A DNA stretch of 48,202 nucleotides, taken from Ginkgo biloba (lineage: Eukaryota > Plantae > Ginkgophyta). The stretch is taken from the NCBI GenBank assembly GCA_024626585.2, contig JANKJI020000002.1, forward strand, positions 175,750,246 to 175,798,447, given 5' to 3'. Of this stretch, positions 24,029 to 35,469 are shown piece by piece. The translations under genes and the position numbers were made by a program. Numbering within the stretch: the stretch's first letter is position 1; each line of letters opens with the position of its first letter. The notes beneath the pieces are model-generated. The model ran no database searches and had not been told where the DNA came from. It saw only the letters and a program-made list of their open reading frames with translations.

Positions 24029-26200
24029 ATGTGGTTGGATATAATCATATTTTCTCCTCTTTTGTTGGCATCAATGAACAATTTTCCATCCAAAAGCAGA
24101 AGAGTGCGGAGCGTTTTCTGTGCATCGAGCACAGCGACACTGCGATTGTGTTCGGAGTTTAGGTTTTTGCAAATGCCGTTGTTTTTAACCACTGGAATTA
24201 GCAATAGGGCTCTGGATTTTAGCACTTCCAACATCACTACTTTATCAAGAGAAAACTATTTTTCGGATAGAGGTAGTGAAAGTTTTTGTGGGAATTTCAA
24301 AACTTTATGCAACGTGGGACGATTGAATGAGGCGCTTCAAACATTGAAAGTAACGAACCAACAGGCTATCTATCTAGACTCCAATATGTATGCTTCACTC
24401 TTGCAGCGTTGTGCCAATATGGATGCACTTGCAGAAGGTAAGTATTTACACGCCCACATAACTGAGACTGGATTTGTACAAGACACTTTTCTCGGTAACA
24501 ATCTTATCAATATGTATATGAAATGCGGGAATTTGATATGTTCACGCGAAGTGTTTGACAAAATTCCTAAACGGGACGTAATATCGTGGACTTCCATGAT
24601 TACAGGATATGCCCAGACTGGGCATAGCGTCGAAGCCTTGAAACTGTTTACTCAAATGCAAAGAGCGCGAATTAAGCCAAATCATTTCACGTTTGCTATT
24701 GTTGTCAAGGCTTGCGCCAGTCTTTCTGCCCTGGAACAAGGCAAACAGGTGCACGAATGTATAATTACAGCTGGATATGAACCTGATGTTGTTGTATGGA
24801 ATTCTCTTGTTGACATGTATGCTAAATGCAGTAGCGTAAAGGATGCACGCCAAGTGTTTGACAAAATGCATAAAAGAAATGTTATTGCATGGAATGCAAT
24901 GATTGCTGGCTATGCTCAGAATGGCCATCTTGACGAGGCCCTCAAACTATTTCGCCGTATGCCTGAACCAGATGAAGTAACGTGGAGCTCTATGATTGCA
25001 GGATATGCACAAAATGGACAATGCGATGAGGCCCTGGATATTTTTTGCCAAATGCAAGGGAAAGGCATAAAGCCAAATAATTTCACCTTTGGCAGTGTTG
25101 TTAAAGCATGTGCAAGCCTTGCTGCTCTGGAACATGGCAAGCAGGTCCATGCCCATATTATCATTACTGGATTTGAATCGGACTTTGTCGTGGGGAATGC
25201 ACTTGTTGGCATGCATGCAAAATGTGGAAACATAGAGGATGCATTCCAAGTGTTTGAGAAAATGCCCACACGGAATGTAGTTTCATGGTCAACTATGATC
25301 GTAGGATGTGCTCAGCATGGACAAGGCAAGAAAGCCCTCAAACTTTTTGAACAGATGCTAGTGGCAGGCATGAGACCAAATGAAATTACATTTGTCGGTG
25401 TGCTCTATGCATGCAGCCATACAGGTTTAGTGGATGAAGGTCGTTTCTACTTTCATTCCATGGGAAGGGAACATGGCATCACTCCCACAATAGAGCACTA
25501 TACCTGCATGGTTGACCTTCTTGGGCGTGCTGGATGCCTGGATGAGGCAGAGAACCTAATTAACAAAATGCCAGTTGATCCCAATGTCGCTGCATGGGGT
25601 GCTTTGCTTGGTGCCTGCAGAATCCATAACAATATAGACATAGCAAAACGTGCAGCAGATCATCTTCTTGAGCTGAAAGTAGAAGATGCAGGAACTTATG
25701 TACTCTTGGCAAATATTTATGCTGCTGCTGGTAAGTGGGATGATGTAGCTAATGTGAGAAAATTGATGAAAGATAGAGGGGTGAAAAAGGAGCCTGGATT
25801 CAGTTGGATTGAAGTCAAGAACAGGACACATTCATTTGTTGTTGGAGATAGGTGGCACCCACAAAAGGAAGAGATCTATTCAATGTTGGAGAAATTGGCT
25901 GGTCAGATGAAGATAGCAGGGTATGTACCAGACACAAACCTTGTGCTGCAAAATGTGGAGCCGCAGCAGAAGGAACATTTTCTGGGTCACCACAGTGAGA
26001 AGTTGGCCATTGCTTTTGGGCTTCTGAGCACACCAAGTGGGACAACTATCCGTGTAGTGAAAAACCTTCGTGTGTGCAGTGACTGCCACACTGCCATCAG
26101 GTACATCTCTAAGATCGTTGGGCGAGAAATTGTTGTGAGGGACAATAATCGTTTTCATCATTTCAAGGATGGCTTGTGTTCTTGTGGGGATTATTGGTGA
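24029..26200 (+). CDS. PLS-class pentatricopeptide repeat protein with E1-E2-DYW domain (putative organellar C-to-U RNA editing factor); intronless
   Basis: Uninterrupted ORF. The ORF-track start at 24011 is TTG; in-frame ATGs are at 24029 and 24074. Array L1-S1-P1-L1-S1-SS-P1-L1-S1-P2-L2-S2, then E1 (VAAWGALLGACRIH), E2, PG box (PGFSWIEV), HSEKLA...KNLRVCSDCH zinc-binding deaminase motif and terminal CSCGDYW. The S/R-rich N-terminus resembles an organellar targeting peptide. Confidence 0.96.
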   Translation: MWLDIIIFSPLLLASMNNFPSKSRRVRSVFCASSTATLRLCSEFRFLQMPLFLTTGISNRALDFSTSNITTLSRENYFSDRGSESFCGNFKTLCNVGRLNEALQTLKVTNQQAIYLDSNMYASLLQRCANMDALAEGKYLHAHITETGFVQDTFLGNNLINMYMKCGNLICSREVFDKIPKRDVISWTSMITGYAQTGHSVEALKLFTQMQRARIKPNHFTFAIVVKACASLSALEQGKQVHECIITAGYEPDVVVWNSLVDMYAKCSSVKDARQVFDKMHKRNVIAWNAMIAGYAQNGHLDEALKLFRRMPEPDEVTWSSMIAGYAQNGQCDEALDIFCQMQGKGIKPNNFTFGSVVKACASLAALEHGKQVHAHIIITGFESDFVVGNALVGMHAKCGNIEDAFQVFEKMPTRNVVSWSTMIVGCAQHGQGKKALKLFEQMLVAGMRPNEITFVGVLYACSHTGLVDEGRFYFHSMGREHGITPTIEHYTCMVDLLGRAGCLDEAENLINKMPVDPNVAAWGALLGACRIHNNIDIAKRAADHLLELKVEDAGTYVLLANIYAAAGKWDDVANVRKLMKDRGVKKEPGFSWIEVKNRTHSFVVGDRWHPQKEEIYSMLEKLAGQMKIAGYVPDTNLVLQNVEPQQKEHFLGHHSEKLAIAFGLLSTPSGTTIRVVKNLRVCSDCHTAIRYISKIVGREIVVRDNNRFHHFKDGLCSCGDYW

Positions 26201-27799
26201 TGCTAAGGCAGCCAAGCATGGAATTAATACCTTTTTGCACACGGCTTATGTATTATTTTGGTTTCAAGTATAGTGTAGTGTTTGGAGCAATGTAGTTTAA
26301 AGGGTGATTACTGATTAGCCAACTGGCAAAATCACAAAGGCCTAAAATTTAATTGCCGAACAGTGCTAATGCAGTCCAGATAAATTTGCCCCACTTATTG
26401 CTGAGAATACATTAGCTGCCTTAACTTAGACTAAACTTTGTTGTTACCATTTTTGTCCAATATTCCCTAATATTCCCTATACTCCAAACCAATAGGCACA
26501 ATCTTCACCCTATCATACCCTCCACTCCCAAAACATCTGTTCAATCTACGTTTCTTCATCTCATGTATTTACTAATTATTATCCTGTTGAATCAAAATAT
26601 GGAGCGTGAAAGCAGCTGTGTATATTTCTATGCTGTCTGCCTTAAGTCTTCCTTGAATCATCCTCACAAGGGTATGGAAGCATTTTGCTAGTGCTCCTCT
26701 CTATATATGCATTAGATATCACTCAATCCTGTTCTCTTTGTTGGTTGATCTGATAATAATTTAGCAAGTTGACTGATATGGGTTTCCAGCTTTAGAAGAG
26801 AGGAAATACGTCTTGTCAGTGATTACAGTAATCCTCAGTAAAGTGTGTTACTTTTGGATGCATTTGCCACTTAATACAATTATATATCAGTGTTTTGTTC
26901 AACATAGAAGTCTTATATCAGAATTGTGAGTATGTCTATCTTGCTCTAGTATAGTTTGAATGTGCTTTTAATTTCTGCATTATCTTACAAGTTACAAACC
27001 TTGTCTGTTTAGTATAGAAGTAAAGTAGCTTCATGCTTTCATCTTCTTATTTGTGGGGCTTAGTTTTTTCCCTAGGTGAAGCTAAGCTATTAATTCCTAG
27101 GATTTCTGTCATCTTTTTATAAGTATTGACTGGTTTGTTATTTAATATTGTACAGGAATTCCTCCTTTGCTTCTTGCTTCCTTAAATGAAAAAAGGTTAT
27201 TTTCCTCGAGTTGGTAGCAACCTTGCAGTTTTGTTTTGATTAGGCTTCACTTCACTTAGGTTGTGCCTGAAGTTCTCTGCCTTGGGATCTTTGTACTGAA
27301 CTTTGCTGTGCCCATAGGTTAACTGGACTTGGATACTATTTTGAAGTGTTTTGTAAGTTTCAGATACTGGAAACAATATTGGGAAGTACGAATTGTATCC
27401 TATTCCATGAAGAATGAAATGTTTTCTTATTTGATGCTTTTGTTAGCAGTGTTATGAGGGTAATTGGTAAAGAAAAGAGTGTGAGGAGCATAATCCCCAT
27501 CAATTACACAACTCTGATATCCACTATTGAACAGTCCCCATTTAAACTTCTTGCTTCGAATGACAATATTGCCACCAATTTTAGCCACATTGTATTTTCA
27601 AATAGAAATGGGTAATGACTAATAGGGTGATAATTGTTAGAGAACAAAGCAGTAAAAGATAGCTTTTTAAGGAATATACTACAGATGCATGTAACAATTT
27701 ATCATTCATAGTTCAACAAGCTCTACCTCTAAAAAAGGTAAATCATATACACTCATTACATCTTTGGTTCCTTTGACACCAATCCATGCTACTCTCTTC

Positions 27800-29025
27800 A
27801 AAACTAATTGCAGCATTTCCTAGGTGCATGCCAAAATAAAAAGAAATTTGGAGGGAGTTGTAAATGTAGGATGTTACAACACCTTAAAGGCCCTTTTAAA
27901 TTATGCGATATGCTGAGTTCGCCTGCTGACTTCAAGATTTTGGGCTCGCCTATTCTGAAGAGAATTTGGGAAGCTTGGAAGCGGGTGTCTCCTTGCCTAG
28001 CGTGGTATTTTGATGGTGAGAGGAGAGCTTGGGATTTACCTAGCCAGACCATCTGGACTTGAAAGATCTAGAACACTCCTATTGCTCATATGGCTCGATT
28101 TCTTCCCAAAAGATTATGCAAGAAAGAGTTTTTAGCTTGGAAGGACCTCTGGGATGATAGAAATCACACTTGGAAGACTTGGGCATTCTTCTCTAGGAAA
28201 AGAGGTTTGATTCGTTCAGATTGGAATGCCATTTTGGACCTCCAGAAGCTTATTCCTCTTGAAGAAACATATGAGTTAAACAATTTCACACCGGATGTGG
28301 AGTTATGGTAAACCAATTTGGGTGTTTAAAAGATGTAACTTGTACCAAATTCTTCACAGGAAAGCACCATTTGTTGACATTCAGAATATAAGATGGGGAC
28401 TTAAAGATAAGAAACAAAGATGGATTTCTAGGTTGAGTGTAGTTTGGACTCATAACTTCCTTTAAACTAAGAGTTTTCAATTGGTTGTTGCCTTATCCAA
28501 GGTTACCTTCCAAAATCAAGTTTCACTGATGCCCATAGCCCTCACTATGGGAAACTAGAGGCTATCCGTCATATCTTTTGGGATTGTAGATGTGCTAGAA
28601 TTTGTTGGAATATGGTGTGGTCAAAGTGGAATCATATCTTCTTTAGATAGTTATTTTTAAAATATTCTCTACTTTGTGACTATGAGTCTATTTATCCATA
28701 CCATTTTAGAGGGGTTTAGGTCCTAGGATTCTATTAAATTAGTATTTTTATACTCCATCCAGAGGGTTCCTTGTAATGTTATTTTTAACAATTCTTTTTT
28801 TTTTTTAGATTTTCCTTTTAGGATTTGTTATAAGTTAATATTTTATCTTATCTTAGATACAATGTCTCTCTCATTAGGAGGGATATCCAAGATTGTGATG
28901 TTAAAGCCCAATCTATCTTAAAGACATTCTTATTGTCCTTTTGATAGAGTTGATTAGTAGTAATTTTTTCTATGTCATTATGGTAATTTAAGAAGAATTG
29001 AAAAAACAAAAGTAAAAAAGAAAAA
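27800..29025 (+). mobile_element. 5'-truncated, degenerate L1-like LINE 3' end
   Basis: Trp-rich ORF2-like fragments (SPILKRIWEAWK, DLWDDRNHTWKTW), zf-RVT-type AIRHIFWDCRCARICWNMVW at ~28561-28620, YSIQRVPCNVIFNN, and an A-rich tail at ~29000-29025. Confidence 0.75.
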
Positions 29026-30177
29026 TAATTCTAATAAAGTAATATAAAAATATAGATAATCTAGATACTTGATAAAAAATATATCTATTTCACCAAAGTT
29101 ATATGTAACCATGGTAAGTTTAGTACTTAACTATGGTTAAGTTAATATATAACCAGGGTTGGATTAGTAATTAATAATAATAATTTGACTATATATCTAA
29201 ATAATCTATAAAAATAAAAAAATACTTAATGAAATATTTGGTAGATTAACCAAAAAAAGGGACCTTGGTATTATATCTAATAGAATAGTTGGTAGATTAA
29301 CATAAAATAAAGACCAATTACAAAAAATGTCATATCTCGATGGAAAAAATGGTCACAAGTGGAAGAGTGTGGACTATAAAATGGTTATGTTCAATACGAT
29401 CAAATGACTTAAATTATTGTTTGCAATCAAATAATGAGATTGTAAAATAGAAAGCACAATCTATGCACTTAAATTCCATTAGTAAAAAAATGTGAATAGG
29501 ATGATTATGTTTGCCTCTAATAGATTTTCAATTACAATAATATGTAGGTGAATTTCACCTACATCCATATTGATTCACCTTCACCACATATATTTATTTT
29601 CATCTATCCTTGATTACATTTATCAATGGTGCTCTCTCCTAAAATAATTGGCGAGACTAACTTGTCACTACTCTAGTTATTTAAAAAATACTATAATGTC
29701 TTCATGCTTTTAATTGTCCTTTTATATTTTTGATACACTATCAAAGGATAGTTCTATGTATGGAACATCTTTCAGTTGTGGAAACAAGTATATGATTATT
29801 CGACGATTTCTCAAGGAGTGATTTTGGAGGTTATTTGGTCTTCTTAGAAGCTTCTATACATTAAAGTGACTATAGTAATTTACTTGATGAGTCTGAGTAA
29901 AGTCTTTATTTCTTGAGAAAAATAGGGATAATTACATAATTATCAATATCCTACCTTTCTAAGATGCATCACACCTTTTTCTTACGACTATGCCATGCTT
30001 TTTCCTATACAACGTGGGTTTTCTCAACAATGTTATAGGTTTGTTGAAAGCTATGAACATTAAAATTATTGAACTTAATTTTGTGCGTGAATGTACACAA
30101 GGATCAATGTTGAGAATCTACAAGTAAAGGAATAACTAAACAATGATTAGATAGAATGAATAATTTTTTATATTAAA

Positions 30178-30223
<46 letters not shown>

Positions 30224-30229
30224 TATATA
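30178..30229. repeat. (CT)n(CA)n compound microsatellite
   Basis: Direct reading. Confidence 0.9.
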
Positions 30230-30981
30230 CAATTATGATTATAATTGTGCTCATGGCCTAATATTTCTTAAATAGATAATCTAAGGTCTATAATATCATG
30301 TCTATAAAAAATAAGTGCATATGCATCCATCCATAGAACATTCCAGTTCTGGTTTGTNNNNNNNNNNNNNNNNNNNNNNNNNNNNNNNNNNNNNNNNNNN
30401 NNNNNNNNNNNNNNNNNNNNNNNNNNNNNNNNNNNNNNNNNNNNNNNNNNNNNNNNNCGACCACAAATGTGTTGAAAGAACATATAATATATTGATAATA
30501 TTATAAAATACATCACAATATATCTAGGTGGGTTTTCAAAGAAAACAACTTTGGACCTTTACACCATAGAAAAATACAAAATGTAGAAGTGAGCAAAATA
30601 TCCATATGAGCCCCATGTCCAAAATTGAATACCGAACAATAATCTTAGAGATCTCCATGCCCAAGGTCATAACCAAAATATGCACACTTATCATTAATCA
30701 CTTATATCAATAAAGTCCTCCTATCTCGAAGGTTGTAGATTAAGATCTTGCCTCATCCATTGCCTTGGTCTCAAGGAATCAACCTCTTTAGAAGGCATTC
30801 CTCTGCGCTTTTCCATTTGCTATAACAAATAGTTGGTCTCTAGGTTGTTTGCATATTCATTCTCCTATACCTGAAGCTATACAAGGAAATTATTTTGTAC
30901 TTGGCCTCTAGATCTAGGCTCCTCCTATCCATGTCTTTGTCTTACATAGAAGATAAGTTGGAAGTTATATTAAGTAAGATG

Positions 30982-31267
30982 GCCATTTAGATTATTGTGT
31001 TTATACTCCATCTGGAGGGTCCATTGTAACATTGTTTTTAACAATTTCCCTTTTTTTGTAGTTACTTTTTGTGAGTTATTGCAGGTTGAACTTTCTGTTC
31101 AAATTAGAGCTAAAGGCTCTCTCATTAGGAGGGATGCCCAAGAGTGTGATGTTAGAGCCCAATCTATCTTAAGGACATTCTTGTTGTCCTTTAGATAAGG
31201 ATGATTAGTTGTACTTTTTTTTTGTGTTATAATGGTAATTTAAGAAGCATTTTTCCTAAAAAAAAAA
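30982..31267 (+). mobile_element. Second, shorter copy of the same LINE 3' end with poly(A)
   Basis: Aligns with 28740-28996 (TATACTCCATC..GAGGGT.C.TTGTAA; CTCTCATTAGGAGGGAT; GTGATGTTA.AGCCCAATCTATCTTAA.GACATTCTT; ATGGTAATTTAAGAAG). A10 tail at 31258-31267. Possible decayed TSD GTAAGATG (30974-81) / GTAGGATG (31269-76). Confidence 0.8.
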
Positions 31268-31763
31268 TGTAGGATGTTAAGCTTTCTTATAAGTATTTAT
31301 ATATTGCTTTGGGTCAATAAAAGTTTGAAGATAATTTGTACTTGTCTTTAGGGTATCCTTACATCTTGTAACCAACAAAGAAAGAAATGCATGCCATTGA
31401 TTCTAATAATTTGAAAAGGCAAAGAAATGACCCTTTTCTCTATCTATTTCTTTAAGCCCTCTATGTACCAATGGGAATCCACTTTAAAGGTGAGATGGTA
31501 TGTTTTGCTCCCAAAAAATCCCGTAAGCCATTTACTTACCATGGAAAAAGCAAGGGTTCTATAATCATCATTACATTGTGGAGGTTAAATATCTTAATCG
31601 TTGAAGAAAACCATTTGTTACAAGCAATTGCTTATTAATTGAAAGGGGCAAGCTTCATGGCAATTTATTTTTGCACTATAATATTTATCTCTTCTATAAA
31701 TCTACTTTTGGATAGATAATCACCAATTACTTAATATTATTCTAAAAAGTGATGGTAGAAGTG

Positions 31764-31908
31764 TTTTTTTTTTTTTTTTTTTGTTAAAGTGAGTCATAGT
31801 TAATCCCAATACATCATATTCACTACATGGAACTCATAGTGTGCCCCATGGCTTGAACCTTGATCATGATGGTGAAAGCATTGACTCTTACCATTTAGAC
31901 CACTTAGG
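31764..31908 (-). mobile_element. tRNA-derived SINE (~145 bp) with A/B boxes, poly(A) tail and TSD
   Basis: Minus strand reads CCTAAG-TGGTCTAAATGG(A box)-TAAGAGTCAATGCTTTCACCATCATGATCAA-GGTTCAAGCC(B box)-...-A19. Flanking direct repeats GGTAGAAGTG (31754-63) and GGTAGAAATG (31909-18). Confidence 0.82.
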
Positions 31909-34539
31909 GGTAGAAATGATTTTAACTAAATGAACATTTGGAAATTCACACAACACTCATGCATATGCCTTCTCCTATATTGGTCCATACTAAATGGTCA
32001 ACTATGACATCGATTTTATTTGGTCAAGCTACCATTCCACATCTAAAATATGGAGAAGTATCAATACTTTCTAATGTAACCATGTATCGCATGTTTATTC
32101 ACCATGTATCAAAAGTTTTCATTTGTAACTCCTCCCCTTCTCTTTTTCCTTGTCATGCCTAATTTCTTCATTTTTTAGGGTTTGGAATTTTCACATCTAA
32201 AATGGGTTTGGTAGCCAATTTTTCCTATAATTTTTTTTTTTCTTTTAAATCCAAAAGAACGGTTTGGATCATTGCACTATAGCAGGGAAGATGATGGGAA
32301 AAACTTTCAATAACAAGGCCATTTAGATTATTTGCTTATATAAACAATATTTTGATGAATGATAAAAAATTGATAATAGAAATGATTTATATAAGCTATT
32401 AGTGTCCAACTTTTGGTCTGAAACATAGTTTATTATTGAACATCAACAATATATCTTTCCTTTGTGTTGACCAAACTCAGTGATAAGTAAGTTCCGTTTA
32501 TAGATTTTTGAAAAAAATAGAGAGAGACAACAATCATAATGATTACATTTGCCCTACTTTGTTATTGTTATTTTATTTAATTAATAATAATCCTAGGTGG
32601 TCTCTACTTTGATAATTTTCTTGGCAATACAAAATTTTCATTTAGTGATTTTAAAAAATAATGATGGCTTTAAAAGCAACTATTCTTGCTATCATTACAA
32701 GCAATAAAAAGCAATCAACTAGAACATTTATTTGTTTTAAAACCATTAAGTAGTGCACATTGATTTATATTAGGAAATAACACTAAATTTGATAAAAATT
32801 ATGTGCAACATTTTGTTACTATTTTTTCATGAGATGCAACTTCGATAGCAAAATTTGTCCACTTAATTGATACTTGAAAATACATAAATAGAACACATAA
32901 AACCTTCTTTAATATCCCCAGTGCATAGCATTAGGTTATATTTTGAAAAGTGTTGCTATTATTCCTATATTTTGGATAGCTTAAATGGAGAGTAGGGAAT
33001 CAACCATTGTTTAGATATGGTTGCATTACATCACAATGGACTTCTAATGGATCTAAATTCTAAGTTTTCTATAAAAGATTGCATTGGAGAAATTATGTTA
33101 GTAGACATTAATATAGTTTAGTGCCAATTTGTGGTTATTAATAATTTACATTGAGTATAAAAATGCTTTTTGATTTAAATAAAGTACAAAAATAATCACT
33201 CCCTTGATATACATTTTAATGCTAGTGATCTTATATAAACAAGACAAAGAGAAATTAAAATTATATAGTTAGCTTTTCCAAAAAGTCATTAATAATGCAA
33301 TGATATATAAATTGTATATGTTCTACAATGAAGAACTAAGGCTTCTTAAACTAAATAATTGTATTGTTCATAACCATTATCCTATAGATATTAACCATAT
33401 TCTTTGACTTGCCAATTCTACATGATTGAGCATGTACATATGTGCTTCTAATGAGAATGTGCATAACTGGTTCAAACTTCTACCATTGCAAAAAGCTATA
33501 AGTTGGGACAAAGATGGCTTCTAACTAGAAAAATAAGGTTGGAACTTGCATATGAGGATCAAATGTAGAATGTTCTATCATGCTATTATGTGTTTCTTGT
33601 TGGTAATAGAATTTTCCTACCCATAATTGGATTAATAATTCCTTTGAAAATATAAAAGCACAAAGATAGCTTATGAGTTTCCTACAAAGAATTGGAGTTT
33701 CAAAATTCATTTGAAAAACAAGGTACAAAGATAACTCATGAATTAAACACTAAACAAGAGTATTAAATTATGTTAAATTACAATAAAATTCATATGGTAT
33801 TTAGTTAAAATTATTTCACTTCCTTTCCAATCCAAAACAAGGATTAGTTAAATTAGGAGGATAGGCGTGTTTTGCACAATTGCACCACTTCACTTTTGAA
33901 CATTATCAAGGAAGAATATGTAATGTCAATAAGGGTTGATAAATTAACTATAATTATAATGTTGAGTTTGAGAGAGGTCAAGGAAAAAATGATCATGCCC
34001 ATACCTTGATTGACTTTGAAGGCAACTTAGGAAATCAAAGAAGAGGAAAAGGGAAGAATGCCTTTAACTTAGGAAATTAGTTTTAAGATTTGTTTTCTTT
34101 CTTAAGTGGTGATCCCCTTTTTGTATTTAGATGGTTTACTAATCTCTTTCCCTTTAAATGGTTTTATGTTGGTAAAATTAAACATTAATACAACCATGCA
34201 ATGAAATAAAACTAGCTAGTGATTAAAAACTTGGTTTGTTCACTATGTTGGTTGACGAGGAAATCTTTATCTTGCTAGAGTAATGTGCACCAAAGGTAGA
34301 CTACTCTAACTAGACTAATATCTAAAAAGAGGGGGGGGTGTTCTGTTTTAATGATAACTAATGGTTTAGTCTAGGCTAGGAATTAATTCTACAAAACTCA
34401 TATGAAAACTTGAAAATAAATAAGTTGCAAAAGGAGGGTTCAAATTTAAGCCCTAGGAGCCCTATTTTTAGCTTTTGGGGTTTTACGCCTTTTGTGTCTT
34501 CTTTTAGCACTTAAACAATTTTTGGTCATGCCTTTCATT

Positions 34540-34572
<33 letters not shown>

Positions 34573-34897
34573 AACTAAATATGTAAAATATAGGAAGTGT
34601 ATGCTCTTTCATCCCTCTCTAAAGTGAAATACAATTTGGCTTCCTTACAGTGAAATTATTGGTTAATGATATAGACAACCATGTTATTAAACTTCAAAGT
34701 TTGAACCAACTATNNNNNNNNNNNNNNNNNNNNNNNNNNNNNNNNNNNNNNNNNNNNNNNNNNNNNNNNNNNNNNNNNNNNNNNNNNNNNNNNNNNNNNN
34801 NNNNNNNNNNNNNNNNNNNNNNNNNNNNNNNNNNNNNNNNNNNNNNNNNNNNNNNNNNNNNNNNNNNNNNNNNNNNNNNNNNNNNNNNNNNNNNNNN

Positions 34898-34947
<50 letters not shown>
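34898..34947. repeat. (AG)n microsatellite at gap edge
   Basis: Direct reading. It explains the ERERER/LSLSLS ORFs. Confidence 0.9.
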
Positions 34948-34952
<5 letters not shown>

Positions 34953-35233
34953 CTCTATAAAAGTTTTTGAAAAGTACCCATTCCATCTTTGAAGTAGATC
35001 ACAATGGAAGCAACAATGAGTGAATTCTGAAAATCTCCATCCAATGTAGATGGTTTTGAACTCTAAATTCCAAACATATCTGATGAGCTATTACAAATTT
35101 ATATGATGAGATATTATGAATAATTGTTGCATTATCCTTTGTTACACTCAATTATATGGCACTAAAATCTTAATAGGCACTAAGGTTTGAATATTGAGGT
35201 TTCAAAGTTCTAATATTCATATTAGGACAAGCT

Positions 35234-35469
35234 GGGTAGTATACGTAGTGCATGAGCACTGTTCAGAGTGCCTAAGCATTGTGATTGATGCCCAACACTA
35301 TGCATAGTTTTGCAACCTAGTTGGGCACTACTGGTTGTGCTTAGGTACTATGTATAGTGCCTGGGCACTTCAAATAGTGCCTAACACTACACATAGTGTC
35401 ATGGTCCAATTAAGCATTGTAGATAGTGCCCGTGCTTACGTACAGTGCTGACACAAAGTGGAGAGTGTC
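35234..35469. repeat. Degenerate ~20-bp palindromic tandem array (consensus ~RGGCACTATGYATAGTGCCY)
   Basis: Units at 35234, 35254, 35274, 35323, 35343 (AGGTACTATGTATAGTGCCT), 35363 (GGGCACTTCAAATAGTGCCT), 35383, 35412, 35432, 35450. Confidence 0.75.

Noticed and set aside
23989-26242. Several minus-strand ORFs of 60-128 aa
   Set aside because: Antisense shadows of the PPR coding sequence with no independent motifs.
27495-27530. ACTCTGATATCCA, resembling a reversed tRNA-iMet PBS
   Set aside because: Needs an indel and a mismatch, and there is no supporting LTR pair or coding remnant nearby.
35234-35469. CRISPR-like interpretation of the palindromic repeats
   Set aside because: Units abut without unique spacers, there are no cas genes, and the context is plant nuclear DNA.
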